Origin: Hormiphora californensis
Lineage: Eukaryota; Animalia; Ctenophora
Assembly: GCA_020137815.1 (NCBI GenBank)
Contig: CM035359.1
Span: 7,316,001 to 7,380,000 of the forward strand
Direction of reading: 5' to 3'
DNA length: 64,000 nt
Made by a program: the position numbers and the translations under genes. The notes below the pieces were generated by a model, which saw only the letters and a program-made list of their open reading frames with translations, had not been told where the DNA came from and did no database searches. Positions 58,053 through 64,000 of this stretch are shown one piece after another. Each line of letters opens with the position of its first letter. Position 1 is the stretch's first letter.

Positions 58053-61000
58053 ATGACAAGCGTTGCAGTAGTAATACCTCAACCTCTCCAACAAAAGTTC
58101 CTTTTTCACAAGTGCAATTCAGATTTCAGTCACTCAGAGGATCATGTGTTCCTGGAGTATCTTCTTGATTCTCTCTCCTTCATTGGCACACTAGGTAGGT
58201 ATACACGGTGGGCGTGGGGGTATTTGGTGGGTTACCCGGGGGTCTTTACTGGCCAGTGGGTTCACAATCACAGTGATGTAAAGGAGAGTTTATATCCATG
58301 TTTGTAGCTAATACAATACCCCACTATTTCAGTGCAAGGTTTCAAGGTGTATGGGGAGGAGAATGTTTCTGGCAGCCATCCAACAACCCACCAGACATCA
58401 CAACAACAGACTCATCATCATCACAGCCACCCTCCAATGAATCCCCCTGGTTTTAGAGTTCAACCAAGCAGCTCTCTCCTTGCAAGTCTGGCACAGAGGT
58501 TCTCTACGCCAGCAGCAGCTACAACTGCCTTCACTCAGCCAGTTGTATGTCCACAACCTCATTATCAGCCGCTACCCGCAAACAACCAATTACCGGCAGC
58601 AGAGCCCCATCCTGTAGTACCACGTACACCTAATTCTCAACCTGTAGTACCACGTACACCCAACTCTCAACCCGTTCAGCCCTGTACACCACAACCAATT
58701 CAACCAGCCCCGTCACCCGTTCAGCCCTGTACACCCCAATCAATTCAACCAGCCCCTTCACCTGTCCAGCCAACCCCATCACCTGTCCAGCCATTGCTGC
58801 AGCCAACTCCATCACCCGCTCAGCCATTATTGCAGCCATCACCCGATCAGCACAACAGAAGGATGAGTACTCGACCCTGTCCTGCCTCCAAGAAACCACA
58901 AATGATGGCTGAACGAGAGCGTCATCTCTTGAGAAGTAGTAGTGAGTCCTCTCGATCAGGGCCGGTTGTTGTTGAGAGAGATGCAGCAAGGATCAGGTCG
59001 GGGGAGGGATCACAACGAGTAACACGAGGGACTCTGAAGACAGAACCCATGTCACCTTCCCGAGTTGAGGGAGGTGTACCGTCTGGTAGCAGGGATCAAC
59101 CCGGTGCAATTCGCAGTGTCGACCAAGAAGTTACAGCCAACTCTGAAACACGATCGAATACACCAGGTAATAAAGCAGTATAATCGTTAATTGTGTTAGA
59201 ACTTAGAGCAGCCATCATTTTCATTCCCCATGTAACATCCTTGCTCCCTCAGGAACTCTACACAGTGCACGGAAACAGCCGCAAATTGTTTTGATCAGGG
59301 CTTCACCAAACCCCAAGTAAGTAATGTGATGTTTTGAGTCGGGGGCAGGAACCGACCGATTCCAAATTTCAAAACGATTCCGATAACGATCCGATTATAA
59401 AATTTTTAACCGATAACGATACGATAACGATACGATAACGATTTTTCAGGTTTTAAAATTAACTAGAATAAATCATCATAAGTAGTAATCTGTATCATAT
59501 AATTATCATTTATATTCTGCACAACACTCGATAATGGTAGTCCATGTACCTGAAGTACAACTTCAGGTACATGGACTACCATTATCGAGTGTTGTACAAG
59601 AGCATCTCGATACTCTCTGGCTTCAGCATCCACCTCTTGGTGAACGCAGTAGCTCTCGATTCAGACCTTTGCATCACGTGATAATCCATCATTGGTATTG
59701 GTATTGGTTTGATATACCGCGCGGCCCAAAAAAAACTAAGGGTACGTTGGCCTTCTTTTCTCCCAGAAGTTTAATTTCGATCACTCTGATATTTTGTCAC
59801 AATATTTGTATGGTTACTCATTCGAGGAATCCAGAGTTTCAAAACATAAAAGTGTGAAGTTCATGAATGAACCCAATTTCTCGTTTTTCGGGTTTTTTTC
59901 AAGTTTTCTCATGGTTAAATTAGATTTTATTCTTAAAAATAGCAACTATGCATTAGATTAAACAATAATAAATGGCAATCCGAGTTTTTATTAAAAATGA
60001 ATCAAGTTTAGTTGGTGAAATAAATGATTAAAAAACGGTCATTTTTACCAAACATCGATTTGAACCGATTTTGACAAGAAATTGGTAAATTCAGGCGCTA
60101 AAAATTCGTACGGCCATTACACTTGATCGATATTGATGTTAGCCGGAATTTTAGCTCTCTATCTCAAAGTTCATTTTTACCACTGGAATGAATCCTAAAT
60201 GAACTTGAAAACAAGAAAACTATTCCAAACCGGAATTTCACAGTCGCCTTTGGGTAACGATTTCCTTTCAAACGCGACTAATTTTAGCTCAATTGGACCA
60301 CCACAAGAGACACAGTGGCCACTTTTCCGACACTAGGTCTGGCCAAGTGACCCCTATTGGACCGCTAGCGTCATTACTAAGTGCCAATAAGCAGGTTTAA
60401 CGGTCGCGTATCACGTATCACATCTGCTAATTAGGACGGTATACCGATACAGCGTCCGTTAGAATGTAAGTTCTCTTGCTAACACGTCATAATTTGATGG
60501 GGATCACATGACCCAACCTAGGCTAGGGAAACTGGTCACTGTGATTCTTGGGGTGATCCAATTAAGCTCAAACTGGTCGCGTTCGAAAGAAAATCGATAG
60601 CCATACAAATTTGTAAAACTTTGGTACCAAAATATGGTCCCGTTTTGGCGTTCATTAAATGTTCATTCGGGCGAAGAAAATGAATTTTCATCCAGAGGGC
60701 TGAAACTTCGGATTCCTCGAATGAGTAATCATACAAATATTGTGACAAAATATCAGAGTGATTGAAATTAAATTTCTAGGAGAAAAGAAGGCCAACGTAC
60801 CCTTAGTTTTTTTTGGGCCGCGTGGTACCATCATTTGATAGGCTGGGCAGTTTGATCACGTGTTTATTAGTGGTCTGAAATTCAATCCGTGCTACCAGCT
60901 CTTTAGCACGGATCGTGTGTTCGGGTAATCAATAGATTCTGTTCAAAGAAACCGTCTCTACTGGCTAGTTACACATTGGTCACTGATTACATGTCCTTCA

Positions 61001-64000
61001 GTCGTCAAAAAAATCGGATTCGTTTTGTAAATTTTAACGAATACGATCCGATACCGATTCAGCAAAAATTAACGATTTTTAAACGATTACGATTACGATT
61101 CCGATAATCGGTCGGTTCCTGGTCGGGGGTCAGTTTTGTTTGTTAGGTACGGTTAGTTACGGTTAGTTAGTGTAAGGGACCAGTTTCAAAATTGGAACCT
61201 GAAATCACTTATTTTTGGAGTGCTGAGTGCTGATGCGCTACTTTCAATGCAATTCACATCGATCACGTGATCGAAAATGTCGTGCGCAGCATGGTTCACC
61301 AGGAGTGTCCCAGCAGCTGTCCAGTGGAAACTGATGTCAGGTTCCAATTTTGTAACTGGAGTGTAAGGGTGTACCGTGTAAGTTCTACTAAAATCCACTA
61401 CTAACATGTCTCCCATCCTCAGATCCATTGCGATACCTAATCATCCTGTCGGCAGAGTAATTCCGGTTGCCCCACGAATGGCCGACCCGCCTTTGTATCC
61501 TGAGAGTCGTGCTGTTGTCGCATTTCCAGTAAATACTTCTAATTACACCACACCTACCCAAAAATTCAGAAGAATTGCACCCAAGCCTAATGGAGTTGTA
61601 GTAAACAGACAACAGGATCAGGGTCCGGCACCAGTGGCTTCTCCACCTCAACAACGTCTCAAGAAATCACAATCAACGGAAGGGCCATCAAATCAGCATT
61701 CTCAGCTCTCTGAACCGGACCAGAATACCGCCATAGATGAGGAATCGTCTACTACTTCAAAGGTCTTCAAGTGCAATCAGTGCAAAATGAAATTTAATGG
61801 TCCAAAAATTCTGTCACGCCACTACGCTGTTCTTGCTATCTCAGAAGATTTTGAAATCGATGGACATGGAGCGGCCAAAATGAGGCCGGACGGGCTGCTT
61901 TCCTGTAGCTACTGCTCCTCTGGAAAGACCTTCAAGACTTCCCGAGCTCTAATGAAGCACCAAATGTACAAATGTACACACCTGGAGTTCTCTGAGCTGA
62001 GGAGCAGATCTACATCTGAGAGGATAAAGGGGTATAAGAGGGCAATGAATGATGTGATGGTTATGAAGGATAAGTTCCCCTTCCTATCCTTCAACTAAAG
62101 ATCATGGAGAAATCAGGGCAACGTGTAAGAAATGTGATAAGAACTTTTCTCTCCCCCAGAGTGCCAACAAGGATGTAGGAGGAGAGTGGTCTGTGGCTAG
62201 AAAGAAGCTCCTTAAACATGCCCTGAAGGAACGGAAAGGAAACAACTCACAGCCGGTAGAACCTGCTGAAACAAGATCTGATCCTGAGCCGAAAATGAAT
62301 CGGTTAACAAAGCTGAGAAAGAGCCTAAAGTTGACAACAACCTGCCAAACATGTCACCTTCAGTTTAGTAACGGTCTCCTCCTATCACGTCACTACGGTG
62401 TTGTCGCAGTGTCAGAGGACTTTGAGGTGGACGGGCACTCTTTTGTAAACGAGTCGAGTGGGGCATTCTACTGCAGCTACTGTACAGGTGTGAGTTTTAG
62501 TAGCGGTCAGGCGGTCATGCAGCACCAGATGTTTACCTGTCCCAGAATGTCAGAGCTGAGAGCGATGTCACCCATGGACACGGAGATAACTTCTAAAAAG
62601 AGAACTGTGAAGGAAATCATTGTGTTGAAACAGAAGTTCCCATTCCTGTTCTTTGTAAAGGAGCAGAGTCAGATTAGTGTGAAGTGTACAACTTGTAGGG
62701 AGGGTTTCTCCCTCCCACTACATGCCAATAACAACAGGGGCAGTGATTGGAAGGTGGCGGTACGGGCCCTTTTCACTCATGCTCTCAGACATCAACCAGA
62801 TGTCACTCCTACCAATGACAACACAGTATCCTCCTCAAGCAGTACTACATCCAGTGTAGCCGCTACCAGTAGCATCTCGAAGGGAAAAGTGAAGGCTCCA
62901 AGACTAACAACTCTGCCCAGGGGACGTCCCAAGAAACACAAAATGGCCATGTTATCAAAGCCTATCAAGGGGAAATCTTGTCGTACTTGTGACATGACGT
63001 TTAGCAACAAACAGATCCTCTCAAGGCACTACGGCGTCATCGCCATGTCTGAAGATTTCGAGATCGAAGGCCACACATTCATCAATACCAAAGGTTTCTT
63101 CTGCAGCTTCTGTAGTAAGACAGGCACAGGTGCGTTTTCATCCGCCAAAGAGGTAATGGGTCACCAGATGTTTAGCTGCTCTGAGTTAACCTCTCTGAGG
63201 ACCAGTGATAGTTCGGAATTTGTTGGCCGGAAAGAAGCAACGAAGATCATCTCTGAACTGAAGAATAAGTACCCGTTCTTTGCGTTCCATAAGAGTAGAG
63301 GACAGATAAGGGTGGATTGTGGGTCGTGCGATAGAGTAGTGAACATGTTACCCCAGAGTACTAATGCGAGTGAAGAATGGACCAAAGCGATTAACGAACT
63401 GAAAGAACATGCCCGGGAATCCCACAATGACCACACTCAAGTTGACGAAGTCGCCCCATTAGATCCTGAACAACCTTCTTTAGATGATGTTAACTCACCC
63501 GCCACTGCAGTTGTCAACTCACCCGCCACCACCGCAGTTATCAACACCAAAAAGGGAGGTAAAACCCAGAAAAAGCAGTTGCCAATTGGCAGTTCATTGG
63601 GTTTCAATAAGGGTGGACGATGGGGACGTTATAGCTGTAAGATATGTGACTACAAATGTAACGGAGGGGCAAGCATGGGCCGTCATTTTGGAACTATAGC
63701 TGCATCAGAAGACTTCCAACTTGAAGGACATGCCTATGTCAAGGGAGATAGACCAGGTTATACCTGTCGATACTGTGATGGGCTGGTATTCCAGACTGCT
63801 GAGGAAGTGATGCGACACCAATCCTTCGTTTGTGCACAACTAACTGAGATGAGAACAGCCGATCCCGATGATTTCTTTGGGAGGAAAGAGGCTATAAAGG
63901 AAGCAGCTGAAATGAAGAACAATTACCCCTTCCTGACCTTCCAAAAAGAATCGAAAGGTATTCTAGTTGAGTGCACACTGTGTGGTGAGAAGATGGACCT
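58053..64000 (+). CDS. Large zinc-finger protein with repeated atypical Zn modules and an AT-hook; 3' end beyond the window; one apparent +1 frameshift
   Basis: Exons 58053-58194, 58333-59166, 59253-59316 and 61423 onward, in phase. One extra base near 62095, after which the frame stays open to 64000. PRGRPKK at ~62915. Confidence 0.85.
59346..61121. mobile_element. hAT-type non-autonomous element
   Basis: 8-bp TSD gtcggggg (59338-59345, 61122-61129), 16-bp TIR caggaaccgaccgatt, subterminal cgat(a/t) repeats. Confidence 0.92.
59717..60825. mobile_element. Tc1/mariner-type element nested in the hAT element
   Basis: TA flanks, ~115-bp TIRs ccgcgcggcccaaaaaaaactaagggtacgttggcc...cattcgaggaatcc. 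Confidence 0.88.

Overview
Eukaryotic (animal) genomic DNA, intron-rich and full of (CT)n/(GA)n microsatellites. The GPCR family, nested genes and acceptor-before-ATG pattern suggest a ctenophore, but that is inference only. Seven genes lie head-to-tail on the + strand: INCENP (4725-13941), importin-alpha of the KPNA2 type (14523-43001, 12 exons), RPB11 (44143-44499, with three 1-nt insertions), SFT2 (44656-45129), ATP synthase subunit g (45565-48081), a C2H2 zinc-finger gene (48870-56014), and a second zinc-finger gene (58053 to the window end). The last gene carries at least four copies of an unfamiliar ~150-aa module with three putative Zn sites. Importin introns host a tRNA-Gln gene, a foldback/MULE element and an antisense class A GPCR with a TM7 lysine one residue off the opsin position. 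Several non-autonomous DNA transposons are present, some nested (Helitron, Helentron/HINE, Kolobok-like, hAT, Tc1/mariner). About 30050-34500 looks like an unpolished, error-laden duplicate of 26830-30040. Main leads: a candidate trans-spliced operon (RPB11-SFT2-ATP5MG), the new Zn module, an N-terminal domain shared by the two zinc-finger genes, tandem amplification of splice acceptors and branch points, and recurrent loopless palindromes. All gene models were read by eye from splice signals and remembered homology; no searches were run.
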